A stretch of 51,707 bases of DNA, filler included, from Syncephalis fuscata S228 (lineage: Eukaryota > Fungi > Zoopagomycota), in NCBI GenBank assembly GCA_025786725.1. It is 4 parts of 4 records of this genome, joined end to end, with 100 filler letters (N's around TTAATTAATTAA, not from the genome) between each part and the next. Parts side by side here need not be neighbours in the genome. Positions count along the whole stretch, not along the records: positions 1 to 13,558 come from JAHLTZ010000244.1; positions 13,659 to 31,968 come from JAHLTZ010000186.1; 2 more parts are not named here. One strand, given 5' to 3'. The position numbers and the translations under genes are program-made. The notes below the pieces were generated by a model, which did not search any database, had not been told where the DNA came from, and saw only the letters and a program-made list of their open reading frames with translations. Each line of letters starts with the position of its first letter. Within the stretch, counting starts at the first letter, position 1. Positions 11,909 to 24,541 of the stretch are shown in pieces.

Positions 11909-14085
11909 TATATATACAAGGCGTAGTTTAAAATAGATATGTTTACAGGTGTTTTATTTAAAATTCAATAAGCATTTTTGTTTATATACTAAATCTAATG
12001 CTTATAAGTTTAGCTGTCAATTATAATATCATGTTCTATAATAATGGCATTTGTTTATGCATTATGTTATTATTCTTATTTCACTGATGACATTGTTCTA
12101 TAAATATACTTGTCTTTATTGTTGTTGTTTGTCATTATTATTACACTCATTGTTCTACTGTTGACATTGTTCTATAATTATATTTGCTTTATGCTATTAC
12201 TTTTTATTCTTTATTCTATTCCACCACTTGAACAACTCCCTCATCTGTATTTCAATTTGTTCATAGTCTTTTTATATACAATGCCACTCGATTCATGGAT
12301 TGTATATATTAAATAATTTATTAATTAAATAAATATAATTTTACATTAAACAATTTATTAGTTATTTATTGTGATTTGGAATCAAATGACTATTTTCAAC
12401 AACATTTGCGTAATTGAACTACACATTTAATCTATTGAACATGAAAACAAGTGGCGAGTGACATCAATCACCAAATACTCATCATTGTAGATTCATTATC
12501 CAGTATGCATATATCCAGTACACATATATACTCCATTCACCTATATCATTACCATTCTATTCCACATTACTATATACCATTATATAATATACTAGACATA
12601 TTTTATTGTTTATATGCTTCATTACACTCTACTCATTCCACTCATTGCATTATATGCACTATAAATTCAATAACGTTTTATATAATTTTTTACCGTACAT
12701 TTATCATTTTATATACCATTATATAATCGCCTATCCTCCTCTATCCAAACCTATTTTTGTTTTTGTTCTAGCTGTATTATTAATAAATGTCGACTAATTC
12801 CGCTTATTGATCATGCATATATGCTCAATAACTTTAACATAACTAATCGTCATTTCACGCCATAGATTCTTTACAATTTATATTATTTTATTGTTTAGTA
12901 TATACGCGCTAGTTATTGCAGTTTTCCTTTTTGTTTTAGCTTTATTATTAAGTTCGACTAATGTCGGTCATCTGCTCATGCATATATGCTTAATAACTTG
13001 AACATTGCTAATCTCGCTTAATATTGCGTATTCATTATAATGTTTATCATCTTATTATATATTGGCTACACGCTGTCTATATTCGTTGTCGATATGGTTC
13101 AAATTTTTATTAATAAAATTGACATATTGCATTTTGTTCACTGAGTTATATTGATAGAACAAACAATATAAATATGAACAGAGTTATGTTTTATTAAGAT
13201 TATTTATAAATAAACTAGGTCGTGTCAGTTAGTTATGGTTTAATGTTAAGCAAAACAAAGTGACAGGTATACATAGTAATAATACATACTGCGATAATAT
13301 ATGCATATTGGATAATGAACCTATGATGATGAGTATTTGATGATTGCTGTTATTTATCACTCATCATCATGTTTAATAGGTTAGATATTGTTAAAAATAT
13401 TCATTGTCCCCAAATCATACTAAATGGCTAATAAATTCAATTAAATTATATAATAATGTTAAATGACACACAATATTCTATATAATGATACAGTTTATTA
13501 GTTCAATTAACAAATATTAAAATTAAAAGTAAAAATAAAATGGTACATAGCATATATANNNNNNNNNNNNNNNNNNNNNNNNNNNNNNNNNNNNNNNNNN
13601 NNTTAATTAATTAANNNNNNNNNNNNNNNNNNNNNNNNNNNNNNNNNNNNNNNNNNNNCTTTAATATATTTATATTGCCATTATAATATAATTGTTCAAA
13701 TGCCATTTATTAGTCAGATTGACTATAGGAAAGTGGCTGTTTAATAAACAACACTTATACTAATATATTAATATTGATATTACAGCACAATATGCCCAAA
13801 TGCAATAGTAGAATAATAGAAATAAAAAAATCATTTAGATGCAACAACAATACAATAACATGGAATCAATTATATGATTTCTATTAATATTCAATCAATT
13901 TTCTACACATGGCCAACAGCAACAATGATTGACCTTAAACGTTTCAAAGAATCAATGGTATGTTAAATTATTAATTAAATCAATTATTATAGTATTTAAT
14001 ACAAGACCATATATTATGTTGTGCATAACAACAGCATAAATTTAGTTGGAACAAATTTTGCTTTGGGGACTCAAAATAGGATAAT
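11909..14085 (+). mobile_element. AT-rich non-coding repeat, arm A (spans an N-linker); contains MITE-like unit ~12370-13430
   Basis: Reverse-complement homology to ~26330-28086 from tatatacaaggcgtagttta to ggaacaaattttgctttggggac; internal inverted repeats ~12370-12520 vs ~13290-13430. Confidence 0.7.
13559..13658. other. Assembly linker (N44-TTAATTAATTAA-N44)
   Basis: N run with a six-frame stop insert. Confidence 0.99.
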
Positions 14086-14129
14086 CAAAAACGCAATTCG
14101 CTCAAGCACTGTATTGTTGCATTTCTAAT

Positions 14130-14700
14130 TTAAAACCGCAACTTGACCAAGCAACACATTATCCTGGCGTTATCCTATAATGTTAATTTATAATGCTTGC
14201 TAACATTTATCTTAGTGCACATAATACAGTATGTTGATTAGTTGTATTGATTTGATAATAAACCTATTCTTTATTGGCCATTAATCACCACAGTTTAGCT
14301 ATAGTAGACTGAATAACTTATATGATATCAAGTAAAAATAAGATAGAACTAGAAACTAGTATACTTTATTGACATGAATAAAGATGTCATTAAATAGTAA
14401 AGATGGCTAATAACAGAACTTGAATGCCTTGTAGTATTTCATAATTAAGGCGGCGTATCAGTTTATACAATTACCCATATGTTCACAACTAATAAATGCT
14501 TGCTCTCATATCTTCTTAATAGGTGTTTATTGTTGGTAGTTATTGCTAATACTTATATATATATATAACATTATTGTACTCGTTTTAATGTAGCGTGTAG
14601 TTCTAACATATGATGTATTTATTTAACATGCTATCATAACAGCATAATCATGATATTGAGATGGTAAAAACAATGCAATTTTAAAATGGAATATTTTTAT
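14130..14700 (+). repeat. Degenerate direct repeat, left of foldback hairpin
   Basis: Colinear with ~15810-16380 (ccaagcaacacat, gctaacattta, ttattggcca, aagtaaaaa.aagat). Confidence 0.7.
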
Positions 14701-14862
14701 TTTTAATAGCTATGATTGTAGCAAAAATATCTTGTTACGGTTTATAATACCTTGAAATACTGATAAGGCACTAATTAACAAATTTAAATGTGCAGCTATT
14801 GTATCAATGCTACAGCAGAATGAAACAGTATTAAAGCGGTTATTTAAGTATAGTTAGGTGGT

Positions 14863-15783
14863 CAAACACAATAGAATGCAAATTAAAAAGTAATAGCCAT
14901 TTAATAACAAAGAAGTGGCAATACTATGTATAACTTTACACACGATTGATTGAATTGCATAATATTTTGCACAGATGTACGTATAGCATATAGGTAACTA
15001 CTGGTAAAGTATACCGTTATTGTATTGCGTAATGGTATAATAATTATGATAACATGTTAATAAATATGCAAAATAACAGTTTTATGCCATTCATAACTTG
15101 TATAAGTAAAATACAGCAAAATTATTAGCAGATTCGAGTTCTCCGTGCTTAGTTATACATATTGACATAAGATTTAGAACAGTGATTTTTGCAAAAAATG
15201 TCAACCAAAAATGCAATTTACATAAATATTTGTTAACAAAAATTTAAGCTATATGTATATCTATGACATAGATTGTCACTGTATATTAGTATATCTGGAT
15301 ATTAACTTGCTATTGTGCTTGTTTTTCGTTATAAAGTGTTTTGGACTTTCGTTATGCCAAATTTCATCTTTAATATTAAATTTTAAGCATAAAACTTTAA
15401 TTGCTTTTGTTAACAAATATTTATGTAAATTGCATTTTTGGTTGACATTTTTTGCAAAAATCACTGTTCTAAATCTTATGGCAATATGTATAACTAAGCA
15501 CGGAGAACTCGAATCTGCTAATAATTTTGCTGTATTTTACTTATACAAGTTATGAATGGCATAAAACTGTTATTTTGCATATTTATTAACATGTTATCAT
15601 AATTATTATACCATTACGCAATACAATAACGGTATACTTTACCAGTAGTTACCTATATGCTATACGTACATCTGTGCAAAATATCATACAATTTAATCAA
15701 TCGTGTGTAAAGTTATACATAGTATTGCCACTTCTTTGTTATTAAATGGCTATTACTTTTTAATTTGCATTCTATTGTGTTTG
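14863..15783. mobile_element. Foldback/MITE-like element: ~379-bp near-perfect inverted arms with a 163-bp loop
   Basis: Arm 14863-15241 is the reverse complement of 15405-15783 with only a few mismatches. Confidence 0.85.
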
Positions 15784-15809
15784 CCATAATTTTACAATTA
15801 TGATTAAAA

Positions 15810-16380
15810 AATTTACAACTTAGATGGCCAAGCAACACATGATTTCGGCGCTACCCTATAGTACTAGCCTTTGATGTGTGCTAACATTTATTATAATGTT
15901 TAAAATACAATGTGCTGATTGATTAGTATTACTTTGCCAATAAACTTATTTTTTATTGGCCATCAACCAGCACAGTTTAACTATAATAAATTTAATAACG
16001 CATCACAAGAAGTAAAAACAAGATGAACTGGAAACGACTGATTTCCTTATTAGTATTGAATAAAACCATTATTTTATAATAAATTTATTTAATATTAGTA
16101 TTTAAATGCTTTTTACTATATATCATTAATGCAGAACATCAGCTTATATAGCCGCTTATATGTTTACAACCAACAAGTAGCTACTCATTGTATCTTTTTA
16201 ATAGACATTTGTTACTATTAATCAGTGCTAATATCCAATATGTATATTATCATTTTGATCAATCACATGCGACTTTAACTAGTTATTCAATCATACGGTA
16301 TATTTCATAGTCGCATTTTCATAAAATTCCGTTCATAATATCGAAATAGTAGAGATACATTATGTTGTAACATTTCAGTT
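15810..16380 (+). repeat. Degenerate direct repeat, right of foldback hairpin
   Basis: Colinear with ~14130-14700. Confidence 0.7.
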
Positions 16381-16559
16381 TATGAATAAAAAAGCAATAA
16401 ACAATTTTTTAAATAGTATTTTGATACTGTATATTTGAAACAAATAACTGAAATATAGTTTAATATCTAACTGAATATCCAATGTATAGTAACTGTGCTT
16501 TTAAAAATATAACTTTTAATTTAAGGAAATTAAAAAATACACTGTTTTTTAATTTCACT

Positions 16560-17530
16560 ATAATAAATTTTTCTTTTTTAAAATTGATTAAAACTATTTA
16601 TTAATAAAATCATTTTTTGTTTGCTCCACACTTTGTTTTCTTGTAATGACGTTTACCACAAATTAAACATTTTTTAATAACACGCTCTCTTTTCTTTATA
16701 GCTGTTTCATTAGTAGTTTGTATTTGCTTTTCAATAAAGATGTTTGTTTCAATGTTATTCATGCTAGTGTTTACAGCGCATGTTCTTGTATTGTGTCCTT
16801 TTGAGCTACAGTTGCGACAAGTATATCGTTGGTGGTCTGCAAAGCTTTACTATAACATCTAATTCTTTTAACTCTTGGTCTACCGGCTTTCTTCGTTATT
16901 TTCGGTGGCAAACACAAAATATCTGCAGTAATTGACTCTATTTCAACCAGGCAAATTTCTGGAGCATATAATTTGTTTAAATAATCAATGGTGTAAGATT
17001 TATTAATAAACTCATTTAATAAAAAACCACAATTCTTCAAAATTAGTAGTTTTAATTTGAAATTTGGTATCAGAATAATCATCAACTATATAGTTATTGA
17101 TGTCAGTTAATGTTGATTTATACAAAAAATAGCTATTATTAGTTAACAATCCTTGAGCTTGTCAATACTTAATTCAGGTACTGAATCTGCTAAACGTTTA
17201 AGGAAATAGACCTAGTTGTTTTCATTTTTATGAAATACTATAGCAACAATCAAAGGTAAAATATCGTTATTTCCATCTTTAACAACTGCAGTAAGAGCAA
17301 CACCGCCATAAGAAGATCTTAAATGGCAACCATCAATTACCAGTACTTTACGGGTATACTGGCAAGCTTTAATAGATGATGAAGGACATAAAAATGCATT
17401 TTCAAAATTACCAGACTGGTTCTGCAAAAAGTACTGAACAGAGCCAGGATTAAAATGCTTGAATTTGATAAGGTAATATTTAATAAATAAAAAAGAATTG
17501 ATATTGCTGTTAATATCATTCTTTTCCATT
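16560..17530 (-). pseudogene. Fragmented Mutator-like (MULE) transposase
   Basis: VLVIDGCHLRSSYGGVALTAVVKDGNNDILPL (MULE DDE domain start), LPPKITKKAGRPRVKRIR, and zinc knuckle CRNCSSKGHNTRTC in a shifted frame; stops and deletions between them. Confidence 0.85.
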
Positions 17531-18194
17531 AAATTAAGGGCAGATTAAGCTTTGTAATAAAAAATATCAACTTCTGTTGAGCTATTACAATTGTTATTGT
17601 ATATTAAATAATCAAATATGTACTTAATACTTTCACTTGTGCATTTTTTAATTTCATATTTGCTAATGTAGCAACATCATTTGTAATAGATTAGTAATGG
17701 ATTTAATATTATTATTATTAGATTTATATGAACAACATTCAAATGTTTAATATTGTACTAGGTAATCTTTACTAGGCCAGTTTTTTGCTTTTTGGCAGTC
17801 AAAACAAATTGTCATTTGTTGCTGGAACGGTCTTCATGAGGACAAATAAGCTGTAATCTTGTTGAATCACTATTTTTACTCTTAAAATTGCAACTGTTAA
17901 CAAGTTTAAACTCGTCAACAGAATTTTATGGTCAAGTGCCATATGATTGATAATATTGTCGTTATTGTTAGCCATTACCATTAAACACTATGACTATTCA
18001 TTATCTAACTAACAAGTACTCTTATAAATACTAAACATTACCTTATTCAATAAAAAACAATAATCTCTCAATAACTTCTCTAACTTTAACATCAAATGTT
18101 TTACCAATTGAATCTGTCTTTAAATACACTTTTATTTGTATTTGCCAAACAACTCAGCAACAGCGTTGAAAGCTAAACTCGTTTGATACCTTTA

Positions 18195-20686
18195 TTAAGA
18201 AGAGCTAGACATAACTCGTCCGATATCCCTAAATGCAATATCCCAATTTTGACGTACAATCTCTATGCTATCATTATCATTCTCGTCGTAATGTATCGTA
18301 CCTTCATATCCTTTGTGATCAATAGCCACGACCACTGGGACCACTTTGTCATGGTTGCTTCCAAAGTAGCCTAGCTGTTTACTGGAGCTGGGACATAGAT
18401 TAATTACATACACCGCAGCACAGTCGTGAATCTGGGCGTATTCTTCGGCACGATGGCAGTGCTCATCAAATACCGCTTCGGTCGCACCAACCATCAATTC
18501 GAGGCCGTATTTAGGCCTGTCGCTGCCATTATGTACGAGAATGTCTAGTCTTCTATTGCCTTGGCTGTAATTCTTGACTTCCAGCAAGGCTCTGTAGCCT
18601 AATCCTGAGTACGCTCTCGGGAGCAGACTGTTAAAGATAATGCCAAACTCGGCTTGAAACGCGTACTCTGACGGAAATCCGCCAGCGTTCAAGGATTGCC
18701 TAGCCCAAAGACGCTGAATAGACAGGTTCTGTATAAATAAGCATTGACCAAACAAATGTCAATATCAATCCATTGCCAATGAGCTTTATACTATATATAC
18801 AACACTCACCTTAATTATATGTTTCAACAACCACCGAGGGTCAAGTTCATCCACGTTCGGTGGCCCTTCAGATAGCTCGATTTCCCGCATACTCATCGTT
18901 TCCAGCATCAAACTGCGAAGAATAGGCGCACTGCACTTGGCTGTAGCTGTAAGCCCATCTTCGGCTAGGTCTACAAGAACAATCATTCCCTCCGAGACAA
19001 GGTACTTTGTAGCAAAATCATACGTCTATGGAATTAATCAATTAGTAGGTAAATAAGAACGACGAATTGACAATTGAAACATGAAAGTCAAGATCGTCAA
19101 CTTACCTCGACCTCAGCGGTCTTATTATAAAGGACTTTAATGAGAATAGATTTGGCCCTTTCTGTGAGGTGCTTAAGAGCCCGAATTATGGAGTTATAAT
19201 GTTGCGTCTTCCGCGCAGAGGCTGCCAATTGAAGGCTATTACCCCTCCAATCGTCAACAGTAAGGATGGGATTTTCTATTTTCCTTTTTTCAATAAAACA
19301 GCCACAAACGCCGACGAGACCTTTGTGGCCAGATGTAAGGGTGTAGAGGTCTTCTCCGATACCAGCTGCGTCAAATCCAGGCACATGTTTGGCATACTGG
19401 AACATGAGATCTTGAACCTCTTCTTTGGTAAACTGGTCGGCCCCAAAAGTCTGTCCTCCCTCCTCTGAAAACGGTGAAATATTGCTTGATAGACCAGAAT
19501 TAGGGCGGGCGAGAAGAAGCTCTCTGATTTTGGAAGTGCCAACAAACGCAAGAGAAAATAGATTAAAGCTGATGCGGTTGCCTTTAAGGGCTCGTAGGGC
19601 GGTGATGAATTCGTTCGTATTTTCTTTGATCTTGTTGTCTTCGTCGCCCAGACTAGTCAGGTACGAAGCTTCATCAATGATGAGAATCATCTTCTTCGGA
19701 TGGAGCCTTTTTGAAAAGAAAAGCTTGAACGTTGTTGAATTCACATTGGCTTTAGAATCAAGGTTGAACCGAATTTTGTCGGCGGCACAAAAGACCATGC
19801 ATATGGACTCCCAAAACGCTTGACTTGTTTGGTTGATCTTAATGGTACAATCAAAGGTTACGAGGCATACCTCGAAATTTTCCATGGGACTACCAGTAAT
19901 CTCCAGAAACTTATTCGGATGCTCATTGAACCACCGCGACAGTGCGTAGCAAAAGGTGGATTTGCCACTTTGACGGTGACCATCGAAAAGAAGGAACTTG
20001 CGCTCGAGGAGGTTCTCTCCAAATTCCTGGACTTGTCTGGGCTCAATATAGAAGTTACTATCCGGGAATACTTCATTAGCGTGACCAAAATGACGCGGCC
20101 CTGTAAAAAACCAGCGAGTGGTTGGTTAGACAAATTCACATCCAGTACAGACCACGCTACTAACAACAACAGCCAAAATAACTTACTGTTTGTAGTAGTA
20201 CAAGTGTACACTACTTCATATTCTTGTTTCAGGCGAGATACTGATCCCTCGTCAGAGAAATCACCCTTTCGTTTGAGTAAAAGACTGCCTGTAGGAAAAA
20301 TGGGATAAAGTGTGAGAAGACCTGATAACATTTATAACTAGTAACCTGGCAATATCGCGCCTGCACTACTTACTGGGAGGTGGTGGTACTACAACGATCA
20401 GCGGGTTGTCGTCGCTATTGCCATCGACAAGCTCGCTGAGTTTCTTGCTCAGCTTGATGGTCTTTCCCGAATCGCCGGCGTCGGCCTCATTCTTGTAGAC
20501 TTTTAGATCAGATGAGGCTACGCCATCGAGCTTGCCTTGGAAAGCAACATCGGTGATAAGGGTTCGGCAAAGGTCATCAATATCAGCGTCTTGTCTAAGG
20601 TCGCGGATCTTGCTGGGGTTGCCCGTCTCCTTGAGAGCGCCACCGTCCGAGGGCTGACGCAGAAGCTTGACCCAGACGGCCGACAT
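18195..20686 (-). CDS. Crinkler (CRN)-type effector: ubiquitin-like header + P-loop NTPase + PD-(D/E)XK-like REase domain
   Basis: Exons 20686-20374, 20288-20187, 20100-19106, 19025-18810, 18728-18195 splice in frame. Header DIDDL...DLKVYKN...PLIVVVPPPP; Walker A GHRQSGKST; Walker B MILIIDE; C-terminal SEYAFQAEF...RRLDILV...YGLELMV...RAEEYA. Confidence 0.85.
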
Positions 20687-21816
20687 CGATTCAGGTGCTG
20701 CTGAAACTGGCTGATCTTGATCTGCAATAGAAAGAAAGGAACAAGGTTACAGGCAACGGTGAGGTCAGGTAGTGCTAGAGTAAGAACGAAGACGTCGAGA
20801 AAGAAAAAGCGAGTAAGAGATATAAAGGGCGACAAGAGCCACGTAGACTCATGCGCCAGCCTGACAGCAATGACAAGCAGAGGCGTGAGACACGAGACGG
20901 TTCATAGTTCTTTTTTTGACGTCTTGCAGATGTCAAAATAGGCGCAGAGCAGATAGAAGGTGCATGGGACGGAGAGAAGAAGTGTCTATTGCTGTTGGGA
21001 TGAGTTTACCTTGAACGATACGAGACGCTTCTTCAAGAAGTCTTTTAAGCACTTTGGAAGACATTGTGCAGAATTAATAGGAAAATGCCAACGGTACCAA
21101 ATATACTAGCGGAATTAAAGAGACTAACAGGAGCGAGGATGAGGTGAGGTGACAGAAGCTGACAGCGTGTGAAGGTGAATGAGACGAGAAACAAAAAGAG
21201 GAAAGAGCCGCGCGTGACGAAACGCGACTTGGCAAAGAAAAAAGTTTATGGCAGATCTCTATCAATACTGTTACTGGTTGGTTTATCACAATGTGCAGTC
21301 ACTATATTTAGGATTGCGTCATTTTACTAATAGGTAGCGATTATGTTATTAAGCTATTAGATTTTGAAAAGTAGAGAATGGTAATTTACTGGACGTCATC
21401 TGCCTTTTAGTCTCAATTGCCACATGTCCTTCCTACAGTGATTGCTATCTCATTTTGACCTGCCCACTCGTCCAGTCAATGAACAAACAGGTTCAACGTC
21501 TTTGAGCATGGCTGGAAGTACACCGAGCGGTGTGCTAGAACTACACCAGCCAAGCTTTCCACTAGCTCGCCGTGGCGCATGCTTGCCTATATCCAAAGTT
21601 ATATCCTCTGCTCCAATGTCGGCGGTTGTGTAGGCGATGCATTGGCGAGCTGGCAGAAGCAAAGAAACAAGACATGATCTTGTCAACTGGACCACCCAAC
21701 GCTCATTTTGTTCGGCTTTGTTGCAGCACGCCCCATATTGTATCAATAATGTAACTTGGAAAAAAGTTATGGCTTTATTTCTTTAATCTTTTTCATAGCA
21801 AGCTATTAAATCCAAT

Positions 21817-22068
21817 CTAACAAGCAGGCCTAGAACAGCATCCAGGATATGGCGCATCGGGATCTCCAGGAATTCTACCACATCCAGGCGAAGGGACAAA
21901 ACCAGGACAGCCAACACCGCTATTAGCATTAATCATACGAATACATGTCTTTGTTTTCGTCGATTTAGCAACAGCCCGACGAAGTAGACGAGAATCGGCA
22001 TCCGCTATAGTTGCACTGGTTACAAGCACCACGACAAGAGCACAGAAAACGGTGATATAAATTTTCAT
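21817..22068 (-). CDS. Small secreted cysteine-rich peptide, SVWC-like C-terminus
   Basis: 83 aa; hydrophobic signal peptide, dibasic LLRR site, six Cys in mature part, ends GCPGFVPSPGCGRIPGDPDAPYPGCCSRPAC. Confidence 0.75.
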   Translation of the reverse strand: MKIYITVFCALVVVLVTSATIADADSRLLRRAVAKSTKTKTCIRMINANSGVGCPGFVPSPGCGRIPGDPDAPYPGCCSRPAC

Positions 22069-22693
22069 GGTAATGGCTGCCTAATAAAATAAATAGACAA
22101 TCAAACAAATGTAAATATGTATACGCCAAAGAATATATAATAGATAATAAGGTGATAGAAAACATAAAAAATTAGACAAATGTAAAGATATATATAATAA
22201 AATACAGTTAATAGAAAAATAGAATGTCGATGCAAGGAGTAATATTTACTGCTCATTCTCCTTTACATGCATGCGTAATTGGCGATCATTTACACACTTA
22301 TTCAATTGTTTTCTTACAGTAATAAATTTCATATATTACGACGTTATTTACGAAATATCCAATGGAATGATTATCATAATACTTTTTAAATAATAATAAT
22401 GAAAATCTAGTGTAATATGCTAACTAATAAACTGTATTACAATAAGTACTTTATTTTTGGTTTATTGAATAATGTGCACCGTAACCTTTTATGGATGAAA
22501 TGCGTGGTTATCAGATGTTAATGAGCGTGCTTGTTTCAAATATCAACAGAATCAGCACTATTTTAGTCATTCATACTTGTATCTATGCGAATTCGCGTGC
22601 TATTCTGAAACTAGTCGTAATTTAAACAAAATAAATACGGAATGATATCTGATGGTATACCACATTATTAGGTTTCTTGTTTGTCGCTTCAAT

Positions 22694-24059
22694 ATGAAAA
22701 AATTTATTGTTACTTATTGGCTATTCACTGATTTGTTCTGGCCAGCAATGCCTGTATTGGCAATGGATGATGAACCTGTGCAGAGACCATCCATAATAGC
22801 ACCATGGTCGATTACAAAACAAGAGAATCAGCCACCTCCATTTCCCGCAGATGGAATAAGCCCCTCACAGCAATCGTCTATTTTGTTAGGTCGTGGTCCA
22901 CAATTGCCAGACTATGCACCTAACGGATTGGCTCTTAAAGACTCAGGAGATTACGATGCGTATGGGCAGCGTGGCTTAATGGTTACCGAATGCTTACACC
23001 ACGATGAGCAAACATCAACTGCCATGGTTTTTTTCCGTAATACTCGAGGATTACTAAAATGCACCAAAAATATTGAAGCAATTAATAAAGAATTAAGCAT
23101 ATTAAAAGTAGGCTATTACAACTATCGTTAAGGTTGATTAATATAATATTATGTAGAAAATTGAACAAGGTCCACAAAGCTCAGATACATTTTTGATGGC
23201 TGGCATTAATCGAGTTGCTCGTTTTTTGCACATATTTCCGCAAAACAAGTTGCGTTGTTTAATTACATCTCAATCGAGTAAAGTTACATTTGGCCAATAT
23301 ACTGCAAAGCTTACTTATGAAGAAAAACTTCGTTTTATGCCTCTGCTTTTCAAACAGTTGATCCAAGGTAAACATCAAAAATGTGCACCATCTATTTACT
23401 AATGCCAAATTACTAGCGGCTTCGTTTTTACATTATGTTGGTATAGCACATAGTAATATTAATTCGAATAGTAAGTTATTGTAGTAGCTACATTTATTGT
23501 TTTACTTATTATATTTAAACTATTACCAGATATTTGTATGTTTTTAGATGATTATGAAAAACCAGAGTTGATGCTAGTCAACTATTCCGCCGTTTCTTTT
23601 CTTTCTAAATCTAAAGGTGCTGAAGATGTACAGCATCAAGTACCGCGCGGTTCTACTTTTGGATATGACTCGCCGGAATCCATTGTCTATCCAGCGGTTA
23701 ATCTTCTGAAACGCGATGCTTGGGCTATCGGAATGACCCTCTATACCGGCTTCACAGGGATCCCTTTTTATGGATTTACTTTAGAAAAACAAAAGGTGGT
23801 TGCGCTGTCTAGAAACGACTATAGCAAGGTTTTGATAGATGCCTACTATTTTGGTCGTGGCCAAGAAGAGCCGATTAAATTGGACGTGGATTCACAACTG
23901 AGTTTTCGCTCATTTGGGCCACAAGCCATCAGACTACTTATCTCCGATCCAGTCTATCGCCCAACTCCTCTCGCCATGCTAGATATGTTGACGCGTTCAG
24001 CTAATCAGGCTTCGTCAAAAACAGATACTTATTTAGCTGAAACAGCATTTAAATCTTAG
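22694..24059 (+). CDS. Putatively secreted pseudokinase, paralog of the kinases at 1-3630
   Basis: ATG 22694; introns at 23108-23156, ~23368-23416, ~23471-23529. Signal-like MKKFIVTYWLFTDLFWPAMPVLA; LLKCTK, HSNINSNN (catalytic Asp lost), LVNYS (DFG Asp lost), GYDSPE, RDAWAIG, DPVYRPTP. Confidence 0.8.
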
Positions 24060-24541
24060 ATATTTACGAAAACAAGTGCTGCACATAAGGGGTTTAATTA
24101 ATAAACTGATAATAAATGGATTAAGCTGATGGGTTGTTACATTGGCAATAATTATTGCATATAAATAGAACTGCCATGTATCAGTTTCAAATCAACGTGA
24201 TACTTTTTAGTACAATTATGATAATTCTGAATGCTTTAGCCAAACTTGCCCACTACGACCTAATGAGACCATGCTATATTGGAAATATTGATTTGAACTA
24301 GCGCAACTATTTTGGTTGCCGGAGTATTAATAGGTATCAGGCACCAATTTAGGTAAACATGGGACATGCCAGAGGTGCAAGCTAGAAATGGCTGGTGGCC
24401 ACATGGCATATCTTTGCTATAAAACATGCCAGGGACTCTAGGCAACTCAATAGTCCTGCATTGCTTCTCCAACCTCCAGCGCCTTTCTTTTAGAATAACT
24501 TGGCTTCTTCATCTTCTCAAAACTATAAATACGCCAGCATA

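Noticed and set aside
13559-13658. TTAATTAATTAA motif within N runs (also 31969 and 41635)
   Set aside because: Artificial six-frame stop linker, not biological.
12110-15555. Hydrophobic short ORFs in AT-rich DNA (also 44059, 46286)
   Set aside because: Chance ORFs within non-coding repeats; frames are not conserved between repeat copies.
19169-20308. Plus-strand ORFs over the CRN gene
   Set aside because: Antisense shadows of the NTPase exon.
21440-21754. Second small gene next to the SVWC-like peptide
   Set aside because: Overlapping short ORFs without ATG starts, signal peptide or recognisable motifs.
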